From NCBI RefSeq assembly GCF_032444005.1, contig NC_091282.1, positions 548,762,001 through 548,826,000 of the forward strand: 64,000 nt of DNA, in the 5' to 3' direction. Source of the DNA: Ranitomeya imitator (taxonomy: Eukaryota). A program made the translations under genes and the position numbers. Under the pieces are notes generated by a model. That model was not told the origin of the DNA. It saw only the letters and a program-made list of their open reading frames with translations, and searched no databases. Each line of letters begins with the position of its first letter. Positions within the stretch are counted from its first letter, which is position 1. Shown here one piece after another: positions 1-12,990 of this stretch.

Positions 1-166
1 CTACTGCAAAGGATTCTGGGTAAACCTGCTATTCTTTGTATTATGCTGCTTGCAAGTACTTTCCGTTTCAGGAAAGCATCCACTTCTGATTTCATGTCAC
101 ATATTGAGAAAAACATGAATATGTGTCTTTTTATATAGTGTATGTAAACTTCTGGTTTCAACTGTA
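1..166. mobile_element. Right terminus of a Tc1 (Sleeping Beauty-like) element running off the window start
   Basis: GTGTATGTAAACTTCTGGTTTCAACTG+TA is the reverse complement of a Tc1-type TIR, CAGTTGAAACCAGAAGTTTACATACAC, with a TA target. Confidence 0.7.
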
Positions 167-289
167 TGTGCCTCCCCAAATACAAAAAAACAATCCTCCT
201 CTGTCCCCTGGTTCTAGCTTATAAGTTTTTTTCTTGTTAATTCTGAGTCAGTTCTCTAAAAAAAAAAATCCAAAACCCAAAACCACAAA

Positions 290-1365
290 AACAGTGTTAT
301 ATTACTCATCCTTTGCCTTTCCCACCTACACCGCCATATCCATCTCCTCCACTTGGACCTCCGCCTCTTGGTTGTAGAGTGCTATTTTTAGTTTTGCTAA
401 TTGTAGGTTCTTTTAAGTCAGTTACATAAAAAAATATATTACTCCTTCCATGTCTCTAACATCTACACCAACACATCCACTTCCTTCTCCACTTGGTCCT
501 ATACCATCTGGTTCAAATTGCTATTTTTAATTTTTATTTTGTTAATTCCAGGTTCTTTTAAGTTAGTGCCATAAAACAAAAAAATAAATAAAAAAAGACA
601 AAAAAAGTTAAAAACCCACCACCACAAAAAAAATGTAAAATTACTTCTCCATTGCCTTTTCCACTTACACTGCCACATCCACCTTCTCCACTTGGACCTC
701 CATCTCCTGGTTCTAGTTATTTTTCATTTAGTTAATTCTATGTTTTAGTCAGTTCCCTAATCCCCCCTCAAAAAAAAAAATATATATATACAAAAATAGA
801 GCTGGATTCCGCCTCCCCTGCCTCTTCCATCTATACCGCCACATCCACCTCCACATCTTCCACCTACTCCTTCTCTTCCTCCACTTGCACCTCTTCCTCC
901 TGGTTCATTATTATTTTTCATTTCTGCTTTGCTTAGCGTAGGGACAGGATGCAGCTGAAGTAAAAAAAAAAAAAAGATTCTGTATGTATAATCTCCACCC
1001 ATGTCTGTGATAGTACTGTGCATACCCAAAAGTTTTTCTAATCTGAAACCGTGCCTGTGGGAGTCATGTGCATCAAAACATTTTTTTTATACCCTTATGC
1101 ACCCATGTCTGTGATAGTACTGTGCGTAAAAACATATTTTTCTACTCTTATGCACCCATGTTTGCGATAGTAGCCCTCTGGCCATTACTACGACTATTTT
1201 ACAGCCATTTTACAGCACCAAAGTTTGGGTCCCAGAAACTTATATTGTGTTTGGGTCCTGGGTCAAGTTCGGGTCACATTTTGGCACCCAAACCAAACTT
1301 TGGACTTATGTTCGGTCGAACTCGATGAATGCAAACTTCTACAGGTTCACTCATACCTACTCTCT
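290..1365. repeat. Degenerate ~150-170-bp repeats and a probable hAT-type element end
   Basis: CCACTTGGACCTCC/TGCTATTTTTA blocks recur at ~350, 490, 685 and 880. The region ends in GTTCACTCATACCTA, resembling the hAT end GTTCGCTCATCTCTA. Confidence 0.4.
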
Positions 1366-2060
1366 AGCGCTTTCTTTCCATTCATTTTTGGGTGCTTCAT
1401 TTGGGGTCATTGTCCTTCTGGAAGTTTCATGACCAAGACGCAAACTCAGCTTTCTTACACTGGGCACTACAATGCGATCCAAAATCCTTTGGTAATCTTC
1501 AGTTTTGATGATTCCATGCACATAGTCAAGGCACACAATGCTAGGGGCAGCAAAACAACACCAAAACAACTTTGAACCTCCACCATACTTGACTGGCCTC
1601 ATTCTGCTTTCTGTAAATAGTAGAATAATGTAGTCTACAAAAAAGCTCTATCTCGGTCTCCTTTGCTTTCCCAGAAGTATTTTGTATTACTCACGTACAT
1701 TCTGGCAAACTGCAGTCTAGCTTTCTTAGGTCTCCGGATCAGCATTTATAAAAATGTCGACAGATAATTAGTGCTGACGCTGATGCACCCTGAGTCTGCA
1801 GGACTGCTTGAATTTCTTTGGAACTTAATTGGGGCTGCTTATCCACCATCAGTACTATGCTGTGTTTTAACTTTTCATCAATTTTTCTCTTCCGTCCACA
1901 TCCAGTGAGATTAGCTTCAGTGCCTTGGGTTGTAAACATCTTGATTATGTTGCACACCATCAACAAAGGAACATCAAGATCTCTGGAGATGGAGTTGTAA
2001 CCTTGAGATTGTAGATATTTTTCAACAATTTTGGTTCCCAAGTCCTCAGACTGTTCTCTT
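1366..2060 (-). pseudogene. Tc1/mariner transposase relic
   Basis: ORF 1739-2197 has a Tc1 paired-like HTH (GYNSISRDLDVP...GCGRKRKI). ORF 1357-1602 has VKYGGGSKLFWCCFAA...YQRIL. The frames are broken. Confidence 0.85.
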
Positions 2061-4169
2061 CTTGTCTCGACTCTGGTGTTGGTTGACCCGGTACCAGTGG
2101 CTCCTTCCCTGTCCCTAATGAAAAGTGACATGTGCTCATGATCGATATTTATGTCATATTGTATTAAGGATTTAAAAGGGGTATCTTTTTGACACACAAT
2201 TTATTATATTTGTTTGCGAATCCTGGTGGGCAGTCTTTCCATACATGTGGTGGGACTTTGGTCCATGCTAGACACTATTATTCTATTTATAAACTTGACT
2301 TTGTTACATTACTGCATAGCCTGATATATTCCCACCCTCCACAAGGATTGTATTTGTGGCTTATCTCATTTTACCTAGACAACTGTATCATCATAAACTA
2401 TGTATGGGATTATTAATAATTTCTATTTTTGTTTGTTGAAAAATATAATAAAACACTGATTCAGTCTTCCCATGATCCTGCTAGCAGAATCTGATGACAG
2501 GTTCTGTGGTGCAGAGCTAGACGTGCTGTTTTAATAATTTTTGGAATCATGGCAAACTCACAATAGAACTGTATACCACAAAAATTATCACATATAAGGA
2601 TTGTCCCTTGCCAATCTACAGGCTAGTTTATTCATTCCCTTCCTTTTTCTAGAACAATCTCAGTCTACAAATAATGATCATTTTGCAGTTATTAATATAT
2701 ATTACGTACATAATCAATAAAAATAATTTAAGATGCTGGGTTTTCATCATATTATGGCTGCAATAAAACCCAACAATATAACATTTCCAGAGCACTGACA
2801 AAATAGACTGGAATGTTGTGTCTACAGGGATATTTGCCAGGTAGTGTGTCTGCTTCTTAGGTTATTTTTCAACACAGGAAAATTAAAATAACTTTTAAAA
2901 GAGGAAATTGTCAGCATAAAAAATGTGGCAACAAAACCCAGAGAATATAAGCAAAGGGCTTAAAACACAGATCTGTTTTGGTTTGACTTTTTAACTGATG
3001 TATAATAGCTTCCAACTTTGTCTTATTTGTAAGGACACTGAACTTTCTTGTCATACCATTGTTTTAACCCCTGAAAGACACAGACATTTTTCTCTTTTTC
3101 TCTTTCATTTTTTTCCCCAGTACCCACCTTTCAAGAGTGATTTTTTCCAGTAAGGCCTGTATTTTTGGTGGCACATATTGTATTGTAAAACTGAAAAGAT
3201 CATTTGTGGGGTCAGTAAGGGTATGGTAATATCAAATTTACATACCGTATATACTCGAGTATAAGCCGAACCGAGTATAAGCCGACCCCCCTAATTTTGC
3301 CACAAAAAAACTGGGAAAACTTAATGACTCGAGTATAAGCCTAGGGTGGGAAATGCAGCAACTACCGGTAAATGTCAAAAGTAAAAATAGATACCAATAA
3401 AAGTAAAATTAATTGAGACATCAGTAGGTTAAGTGTTTTTGAATATCCATATTGAATCAGGAGCCCCATATAATGCTCCATAAAGTTTATGATGGCCCCA
3501 TAAGATGCTCCATATTAACCCCATCACCCCAAAGCCTGTTTTCACCTAAGTGACAGGGCCAATTTTTACAATTCTGACCACTGTCACTTTATGAGGTCAT
3601 AACTCTGAAACGCTTCAACGGATCTTGGTGATTCTGACATTGTTTTCTCGTCATATATATTGTACTTCATGATAGTGGTAAAACTTCTTTGATATGACTT
3701 GCATTTATTTGTGAAAAAAACAAAAATTTGTCGGAAATTATGAAAATTTAGCAATTTTCAAACTTTTAGTTTTTATGCCCTTAAATTAGAGAGTTATATC
3801 ACACAATATAGTTAATAAACAACATTTCTCACATGTCTGCTTTACATCAGCACAATTTTGGAAACATATTTTTTTTTTGTTAGGGAGTTATAAGGGTTAA
3901 AAGTTGACCAGCGATTTCTCATTTTTGCAACAAAATTTGCAAAACCATTTTTTTTACGGACCACATCACACTTGAAGTGACTTTGAGGGGTCTATATGAC
4001 AGAAAATGCCCAAAAGTGACACCATTCTAAAAACTGCACCCCTCAAGGTACTCAAAACCACATTCAAAAAGTTTATTAACCCTGCTTCACAGGAATTTTT
4101 TGAATGTTTAAAAAAAAATTGAACATTTAATTTTTTTTCACAAAATTTTTACTTCAGGTCCAATTTGTT

Positions 4170-5950
4170 TCATTTTACCAAGGGTAACAGGAGAAATTGG
4201 ACCACAAAATTTGTTGTACAATTTGTCCTGAGTACGCCGATACCCCATATGTGGGAGTAAACCACTGTTTGGGCACATGGCAGAGCTCAGAAGGGAAGGA
4301 GCGCCATTTGACTTTTCAATGCAAGAATTGCTGGAATTGAGATCAGAGCCCATGTCACGATTGGAGAGCCCCTGACGTGCCTAAACAGTGGAAACCCCCA
4401 CAAGTGACACCATTTTGGAAAGTAGGCCCTCTAAGGAACTAATCTAGATGTGTGGTGAGCACTTTGAACCTCCAAGTGCTTCACAGAAGTTTATAATGTA
4501 GAGCCGTAAAAAAAATTTCATATTAATTTTCACAAAAAATTATTTTTTGCCCCAAATTTTTTATTTTCCCAAGGGTAACAGGATAAATTGGACCCCAAAA
4601 GTTGTTGAGCAATTTGTCCTGAGTACGCTGATACTTCATATATGGGGATAAACCACTGTTTGAGCGCATGGCAGAGCTCGGAAGGGAAGGAGCGCCATTT
4701 GACTTTTCAATGCAAAATTGGCTGGAATTGAGATCGGAACCCATGTCGCATTTGGAGAGCCCCTGACGTGCCTTAACATTGGAAACCCCCCACAAGTGAC
4801 CCCATTTTGGAAAGAAGACCCCCTAAGGAACTTATCTAGATCTGTGGTGAGCACTTTTAATCCCCAATTGTTTCACTAAAGTTTAGAATGTAGCGGTGTG
4901 AAAATTAAAAAATCATTTTTTCTTTCCACAAAATGATGTTTTAGCCCGCAATTCTTTTTTCCTAAGGGTAACAGGAGAAATTGGACCACAAAAGTTATTG
5001 TCCAATTTGTCCTGAGTACGCTGTTACCCCATATGTGGGGGGGACCACCGTTTGAGTGCATGGCAGAGCTCGGAAGGGAAGGAGCGCCGTTTGAAATGCA
5101 GACTTAGATGGATTGGTCTGCAGGTGTCATGTTGCATTTGCAGAGCCCCTGATGTACCTAAACAGTAGAAACCACCCACAAGTGACCCCATATTGGAAAC
5201 TAGACCCCCCAAGGAACTTATTTAGATGTGTTGTGAGAGCTTTGAACCAACAAGTGTTTCACTACAGTTTATAACGCAGAGCCGTGAAAATAAAAAATAT
5301 TCTTTTAGGAAAATTATATTTTAGCCCCCACGTTTTTATTTTCCCAAGGGTAACAGGACAAATTAGACCCCAAAAGTTTTTATACAACTTGTCCTGAGAA
5401 CGCTGATACCCCATATGTTGGGGGGAACCACTGTTTGGGTGCACGGCAGAGCTCGGAAGGGAAGGAGCGCCGTTTGAAATGCAGACTTAGATGGATTGGT
5501 CTGCAGGCATCATGCTGCATTTGGAGAGCCCCTGATGTACCTAAACAGTAGAAACCCCCCACAAGTGACACCATATTGGAAACTAGACCCCCCAAGGAAC
5601 TTATCTAGATGTGTTGTGAGAACTTTGAACCAACAAGTGTTTCACTACAGTTTATAACGCAGAGCCGTGAAAATAAAAAATATTTTTTTTCCACGAAAAT
5701 GATATTTTAGCCAAGTTTTTATTTCCCAAGGGTAACAGGACAAATTGGACCGGAAAAGTTGTTGTCCAACTTGTCCTGAGAACGCTGATACCCCATATGT
5801 TGGGGGGAACCACTGTTTGGGCGCAGAGGAGAACTCGGAAGGGAAGGAGCACTGTTTTAGTTTTTCAAAGCAGAATTGGCTGGAATTGAGATTGGACGCC
5901 ATGTCGCGTTTGGAGAACCCCTGATGTGCCTAAAAAGTGGAAACCCCCAA
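4170..5950. repeat. About five tandem ~380-395-bp units inside piggyBac-like copy 1
   Basis: CCAAGGGTAACAGGA recurs near 4178, 4570, 4965, 5344 and 5727. Confidence 0.85.
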
Positions 5951-5961
5951 TTCTAACTGAA

Positions 5962-6052
5962 ACCCCAACCCTAACTCTAGCCCCAACCCCAACCCCAACC
6001 CTAACCCTAGCCCTAACCCTAGTCCTAACCCTAGCCCTAACCCTAACCCTAA
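5962..6052 (-). repeat. Telomere-like (CCCTAA/CCCTAG/CCCCAA)n array inside the transposon
   Basis: Hexamer array read directly from the sequence. Confidence 0.9.
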
Positions 6053-7634
6053 TGGGAAAATGGAAATAAATACATTTTTTTACATTTTATTATTTTTCCC
6101 TAACTAAGGGGGTGATGAAGGGGGGTTTGATCTACTTTTATAGCGGTTTTTTTTTGGCGGATTTTAAGGGTTGGCAGCCGTCACACACTAAAAGACGCTT
6201 TTTATTGCAAAAAATAGTTTTTGCATTGCCACATTTTGAGAGCTATAATTTATCCATATTTTGGCCCACAGAGTCATGTGAGATCTTGTTTTTTGCGGGA
6301 CGAGTTGACGTTTTTATTGGTACCATTTTCGGGCTGTTGACATTTTTTGATCGCTTTTTATTCTGATTTTTGGGAGGCGGAATGAACAAAAACCAGCAAT
6401 TCCTGAAATTCTTTTAGGGGGGCGTTTGTACCGTTCCACGTGTGGTAAAATTGATAAAGCAGCTTTATTCTTCAGGTCAGTACGATTACAGTGATACTTC
6501 ATTTAATAATAAAAACTATTTTATATAAAAAAATAATTGTTTTTGCATCGCTTTCTGAGAGTTATAACTTTTTTATTTTTCTGCTGATGATGCTGTATGG
6601 TGTTTTTTTTTTTTTGCGGGACAAGATGACGTTTTCAGCGGTACCATGGTTAATTATATCCGTCGTTTTGATCGCGTGTTATTCCACTTTATGTTCGCCT
6701 GTATGATAATAAAGCAATGTTTTTTGCCTTGTTTTTTTTTTTTTTTTTTGCGGTGTTCACTGAAGGGGTTAACTAGTGGGATAGTTTTATAGAGCGGGTC
6801 GTTACGGACGCGGCGATACCAAATATGTGTACTTTTATTGTTTTTTTTAATTTACATAAATACATGGATTTACTGGGAAATGTTTTTTTTTTTTCTTTAT
6901 TTGGGGATTTTTTTTATTTTTTTTTATACATTCTATTTTTTTTTTTTTTACTTTCTACCATTGTCCCAGGGTGGGACATCACTGTATTAGATCAGATCGT
7001 TGACCTGACAGAGTGCATAGCACCCTGTCAGATCAACGATCTGACAGGCAAGTTTAGATGGCTTTCCGGCGCCTGTTCACAGCAACTCTCAGCAGGCGCC
7101 GGCTAGCCAGGTCATTTCATGACCCGGAAGGAGTCCCGTGGCCATCTTGGATCCGGGGACTCCTTCCGGATCACCGGAGCAACGCGATCTCATCGCGTTG
7201 CTCCGGTGGGAGAGCGCAGGGAGCCCCCGTCCCTGCGCGATCCCCCTCTATGCCGCTGTCACTACTGACAGCGGCATCAGAGGGGTTAAATGCCCGCGAT
7301 CGGTGCTAGCGCCGATTGTGGGCAGTGCTGCGGGGTGTCAGCTGTCATATACAGCTGACACCCGCACCCGATCACCGCGGCGCTCAGCGTGAGACCACGG
7401 TGATCGGTGCGCCGTACTAGTACTGCTGCTGGCACAAATGCAGTGCCGGCAGCGCAGTACTAGTACGGCGCATGTCACGAAGGGGTTAAAATACGCCCCA
7501 TATAATCCTGCATAAAGGTTAATAATGGCCCCAAAAGATGCTCCATAGACACATTTGCCCAATGTAATGCTGCACAAATGTTGATTATGGCCCCATAAGA
7601 TGCTCCATATAGATATTTGCCCCATATACCATAA

Positions 7635-10202
7635 GGCCGGGGTCACACTAGACCGTAATACGGACGAGTGCAATGCGATAAAAAATCGCATAGCCCTCGT
7701 CCCAATGTTAATCAATGGGGCAGCTCCCATCATCCGATATTTTCTCGGCCGTATTCAGGATCCGAGTGAAATCGCAGCATGCTGCGATTGTCAGCGTTTC
7801 TCGGCCGAGAATCACCAATGAAAGTCTATGGAAGCCCCAAAAATACGGATCACATACGGACCAGCAGTGTGACTTGCGAGGAATACGCAGCGCTGTTATA
7901 GAGAAAAGCCGGTAATTCAGTGCGGTGTACAGTAAAATCACACTGACAGCTTAGAATAGAATAGGTCGAATAAATGTGTACACATAGAATAGGTATATAT
8001 ATATGTCAGTAGACACATATATGTATATATATTAATATTTCTTCCAGCGCTAAACAGCTTTAAAGCCGGTAATTCAATTGCCGGCTTTTGCTTTCTCCTT
8101 CCTAAAACCCGACATGATATGATACATGGTTTACATACAGTAAACCATCTCATATCCCCATTTTTTTTGCATATTCCACACTACTAATGTTAGTAGTGTG
8201 TCTATGCAAAATTTGGCCGTTCTAGCTAGTAAATTAAGGGGTTAAATGGCGGAAAAAATTGGCGTGGGCTCCCGCGCAGTTTTCTCCACCAGAGTAGTGA
8301 AGCCAGTGACTGAGGGCAGATATTAATAGCCTGGAGAGGGTCCACGGTTATTGGCCCCCCTGGCTAAAAACACCTGCCCCCAGCCACCCCAGAAAAGGCA
8401 CATCTGGAAGATGCGCCTATTCTGGCACTTGGCCACTCTCTTCCCATTCCCGTGTAGCGGTGGGATATGGGGTAATGAAGGGTTAATGCCACCTTGCTAT
8501 TGTAAGGTGACATTAAGCCAGATTAATAATGGAGAGGCGTCAATTATGACACCTATCCATTATTAATCCAATACTAGTAAAGGGTTAAAAAAATAACACA
8601 CACACATTATTAAAAATTAATTTAATGAAATAAACACAAAGGTTGTTGTATTAATTTATTCTACTCTCAATCCACTCACTGAAGACCCTCGATCTGTAAA
8701 TCAAAAAAACATAATAAACCAACAATATACATACCTTCCGAGGATCTGGCACGTCCAACGATGTAGATCCATCTGAAGGGGTTAAAATATTTTGCAGACA
8801 CGAGCTCCGCTAATGCAGGATGCTCATGTCTGCAAAACCCCGGCGAATGAAGCTAAATATAGGTCAATGATCTATATTTAGCTTCATTTGCAGTGAGGCG
8901 CCCTCTGCTGGTTGTTCCTAGATCGTGGGAACTTTCCTAGAAAGCTCCCAGGCTCGAGATCATAAGAGGGCGCCCTCTGCTGGTTGCCCTCATATGATCT
9001 CGAGCCAGGGAGCTTTCTAGTAAAGTTCCCACGATCTAGGAACAGCCAGCAGAGGGCGCCTCACCGCAAATGAAGCTAAATATAGATCATTGACCTATAT
9101 TTAGCTTCATTCGCCGGGGTTTTGCAGAAATGAGCATCCTGCATTAGCGGAGCTAATCTGAACCCCTTCAGATGGATCTACATCGTTGGACGTGACAGAT
9201 CCTTGGAAGGTATGTATATTGTTGGTTCATTGTGTTTTTTTTATTTACAGATCGAGGGTCTTCAGTGAGTGGATTGAGAGTAGAATAAATTAATACAACA
9301 ACCTTTGTGTTTATTTCATTAAATTAATTTTTAATAATGTGTGTGTGTTATTTTTTTAACCCTTTACTAGTATTGGATTAATAATGGATAGGTGTCATAA
9401 TTGACGCCTCTCCATTATTAATTTGGCTTAATGTCACCTTACAATAGCAAGGTGGCATTAACCCTTCATTACCCCATATCCCACCGCTACACGGGAATGG
9501 GAAGAGAGTGGCCAAGTGCCAGAATAGGCGCATCTTCCAGATGTGCCTTTTCTGGGGTGGCTGGGGGCAGGTGTTTTTAGCCATGGGGGGGGGGGCAATA
9601 ACCATGGACCCTCTCCAGGCTATTAATATCTGCCCTCAGTCACTGGCTTTACTACTCTGGCGGAGAAAATTGTGCGGGAGCCCACGCCAATTTTTTCCGC
9701 CATTTAACCCCTTAATTTACTAGCTAGAACGGCCAAATTTTGCATAGACACACTACTGACATTAGTAGTGTGGATTATGCAAAAAAAATGGGGATATGAG
9801 ATGGTTTACTGTATGTAAACCAGGTCTCATATCATGTCGGGTTTTAGGAAGGAGAAAGCAGAAGCCGGTAATTGAATTACCGGCTTTCTGCTATATCGCG
9901 CTGGATGAAATATTAATATATATACATATATGTGTCTACTGACATATATATATATATATATATAGACAGTATATATGTTTTTTTTTTTTGGTCACATGGA
10001 TCCCTTGTATTGCCGTTTGTCGGTTTTGCAAGCCTGCGATAAAAACACGCAGTACGGATGCCATACGGATGTCACACGGATCATTTGATGCGAGAAAATC
10101 GCATCCTCGCACTGCACACGGATCAATGTTTTGGTAACATTTGTGCGATTCTCGTCCATCAAAAATGGTCCGTTTTTTTATACGTTGTGTGTGTCCCCGG
10201 CC
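7635..10202. mobile_element. PIF/Harbinger-type foldback element with ~1-kb inverted arms
   Basis: Ends are TAA|GGCCGGGGTCACAC...GTGTGTCCCCGGCC|TAA (3-bp TAA TSD). 7985-8971 is the reverse complement of 8986-9955. Confidence 0.85.
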
Positions 10203-10219
10203 TAATGCTCCACAAACGT

Positions 10220-10490
10220 TAATTATGGCCCCATACAGATACTTGCCCCATATAGTGCTGCACAAACGTTATGGCCCCATACAGACACTTGCCCCATATA
10301 GTGCTGCAGAAATGTTATGGCCCCATACAGACACTTGCCCCATATAGTGCTGCACAAACGCTATGGCCCCATATAGACACTTGCCCCATATAGTGCTGCA
10401 CAAACATTATGGCCCCATACAGACACTTGCCCATATAGTGCTGCACAAACGTTATGGCCCCATAAGATGCTCCATACAGACACTTGCCCC
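10220..10490. repeat. ~46-bp tandem repeat within the Tc2-like element
   Basis: GCCCCATATAGTGCTGCACAAACGTTATGGCCCCATACAGACACTT repeated 5-6 times. Confidence 0.85.
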
Positions 10491-12071
10491 ATTTGCTGTT
10501 GCTGCGATAAAAAAAAAATCACATACTCACCTCTCCGTCGCTCAAGTCCCCGGCACTTTCAATATTCACCTGACTTTGTTCCGGCGCTGCTCCATCTTCA
10601 GCATCTTCTGCACTGACGTTCAGGCAGAGGGCGCGCACTAACCATGTCACTGCGCCCTCTGACCTGAGCGTCACAGCAGAAGATGCTGACGATGGAGCAG
10701 CGCCCGGAACGGGGAGCAGGTGAATATCGTGCAGCGCTCCCCTCCCCGTTATACTCACCTGCTCCTGGCACGTTGCAGTCCCTGCTTTGTGGCATTGGCA
10801 GCTTCTACCTGTACTGAGCTGTCACCGTTACCGCTCATTACAGTAATCGATATGCAGCTCCACCTCTATGGGAGGTGGAGCCGCATATTCATTACTGTAA
10901 TGAGCGGTACCATGTGACCGCTCAGTACAGGAAGAAGCTGGGGCGCCAGTGAGTCGGGGACCTGCAGGGACCGCACGAGGAGGAGGTGAGCATAATTAGA
11001 CAGCCCCCGCTCCCCCTCCCCTGCCGACCCCTGGGTATGACTTAAGTATAAGCCGAGAGGGGGACTTTCAGCCCCAAAAAATGGGCTGAAAATCTCGGCT
11101 TATACTCAAGTATATATGCTATTTATATTTCTAAAGATTTTACCACTTTAACCCCTTAGCGACCGCCGATACACCTTTTAACGGCGGCCGCTAAGGGTAC
11201 TTAAACCACAGCACCGTTAATTAACGGCGCTGTGGAAAAAGTGTATAGTGCCCCCCAGAGTCGGATTTTCTCCGGGGTCTCGGCTGCCGGGGGTAGCCGA
11301 GACCCCAGAGAACATGATTCGGGGGTTTTTTTACCCACCCCGCATTTGCGATCGCCGGTAATTAACCGTTTACCGGCGATCGCAAAAAAAAAAAAAAACG
11401 CGATCTCTTTTTAATTTCTCTGTCCTCCGATGTGATCGCACATCGGAGGACAGAGAAAAGGGGTCCCCGATCGCCCCCCGATACTCACCTATCTCCCCCG
11501 GTGCTCCTCGTGTCTCCCGGTGGGCGCCGCCATCTTCAAAATGGCGGGCGCATGCGCAGTGCGCCTGCCGGCCGGCCCCGCGAGAATCTTTGGGGTCTCG
11601 GCTGCCGGGGGTAGCCGAGACCCCAAAGAGCATGATCAGGGTCGGTTTTACCAACCCCTGTTTTGCGATCGCCGGTAATTAACTGTTTACCGGCGACCGC
11701 AAAAAAAAAAAAAAAAAAAAAAGTAAAGTGTAATTCTCTGTCCTCTGATGTGATCGCACATCAGAGGACAGAGAAGTAGGGGGATTCGGTACCCTATCAT
11801 ACTCACCTGTGTCCCTGGATCCTCCTGCTGCTCCTCCTGGCCGCCGGCAAAAGAAAATGGCGGGCGCATGCGCAGTGCGCCCGCCATCTGTCTCCATCTG
11901 CTGGCCGGCAGGAGAACAGCAGNNNNNNNNNNNNNNNNNNNNNNNNNNNNNNNNNNNNNNNNNNNNNNNNNNNNNNNNNNNNNNNNNNNNNNNNNNNNNN
12001 NNNNNNNNNNNNNNNNNNNNNNNNNNNNNNNNNNNNNNNNNNNNNNNNNNNNNNNNNNNNNNNNNNNNNNN

Positions 12072-12990
12072 GTTAGGGGTAGGGTTAGGGCTAGGGCTAG
12101 GGATAGGGTTAGGGTTAGGGCTAGGGTTAGGGCTAGGGTTGGGGCTAAATTTAGGGTTAGGGTTGGGGCTAAATTTAGGGTTAGGCTTCTTTCACACTTA
12201 CGTCGGTACGGGGCCGTCGCAATGCGTCGGCCCGACATACCGACGCACGCTGTGAAAATTGTGCACAACATGGGCAGCGGCTGTAGTTTTTCAACGCATC
12301 CGCTGCCCAATCTATGTCCTGGGGAGGAGGGGGCGGAGTTACGGCCATGCATGTGCAGTCAGAAATGGCGGAGGCGACGTACAAAAAAAGTTTCATTGAA
12401 CGTTTTTTTGTGCCGACGGTCCGCCAAAACACAACTGATCCAGTGCACGACGGACGCGACGTGTGGCCATCCGTCACGATCCGTCGGCAATACAAGTCTA
12501 TGGGCAAAAAACGCATCCTGCGGGCACATTTGCAGGATCCGTTTCTTGTCCAAAACGACGGATTGCGACGGATGCCAAACGACGCAAGTGTGAAAGTAGC
12601 CTTAGGGCTAGGGTTAGGGTTGGGGCTAAAGTTAGGGCTAGGGTTGGGGCTAAAGTTAGGGTTAGAGTTGGGATTAGGGTTAGGGTTTGGATTAGGGTTG
12701 GTATTAGGGTTAGGGTTGGCATTAGGGTTACGCTTGGGATTAGGGTTAGGTTTGGGATTAGGGTTAAGGTTAGGGTTGTGATTAGGGGTGTATTGGGATT
12801 AGGGTTAGGTTTGAGGTTAGGGTTGAGATTAGGATTAGGGGTGTGTTGGATTTAGGGTTTTGATTAGGGTTATGGTTAGGGTTGACATTAGGGTTGTTTT
12901 GGGGTAAGGATTGTGATTATGGTTAGGGTTAGTGATTAGGATTATGGATCAGGTTGGGATTAGGGTTAGGGGTGTGTTGGGGTTAGGGTT
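12072..12990 (+). repeat. Telomere-like (TTAGGG)n and variant array, interrupted by a MITE
   Basis: TTAGGG/CTAGGG/TTGGGG hexamers at 12072-12183 and 12602-12990, next to the gap. Confidence 0.9.
12184..12601. mobile_element. Harbinger-type MITE inserted in the TTAGGG array
   Basis: TTA|GGCTTCTTTCACACTTACGTC...GACGCAAGTGTGAAAGTAGCC|TTA. Confidence 0.85.

Larger units (their letters stand above)
3519..7485. mobile_element. ~4-kb non-autonomous TTAA-specific (piggyBac-like) element, copy 1
   Basis: Ends are TTAA|CCCC...GGGG|TTAA with TTAA duplicated at 3515-3518 and 7486-7489. The host repeat rejoins across it. No transposase ORF. Confidence 0.8.
3245..11119. mobile_element. Non-autonomous Tc2/pogo-like element (~1.3 kb net), split by two nested insertions
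   Basis: The left end is TA+CCGTATATACTCGAGTATAAGCCGA and the degenerate right end is TCGGCTTATACTCAAGTATATATGC+TA. The internal GCCCCATA repeats resume after each insertion. Confidence 0.75.

Noticed and set aside
11687-12855. LGLGLG/RVRVRA ORFs
   Set aside because: They are translated TTAGGG-type repeats spanning an N gap.
12072-12990. A true telomere or chromosome-fusion site
   Set aside because: The array is degenerate, sits inside a TTAA-flanked element, and is mirrored at the same position in a second copy.
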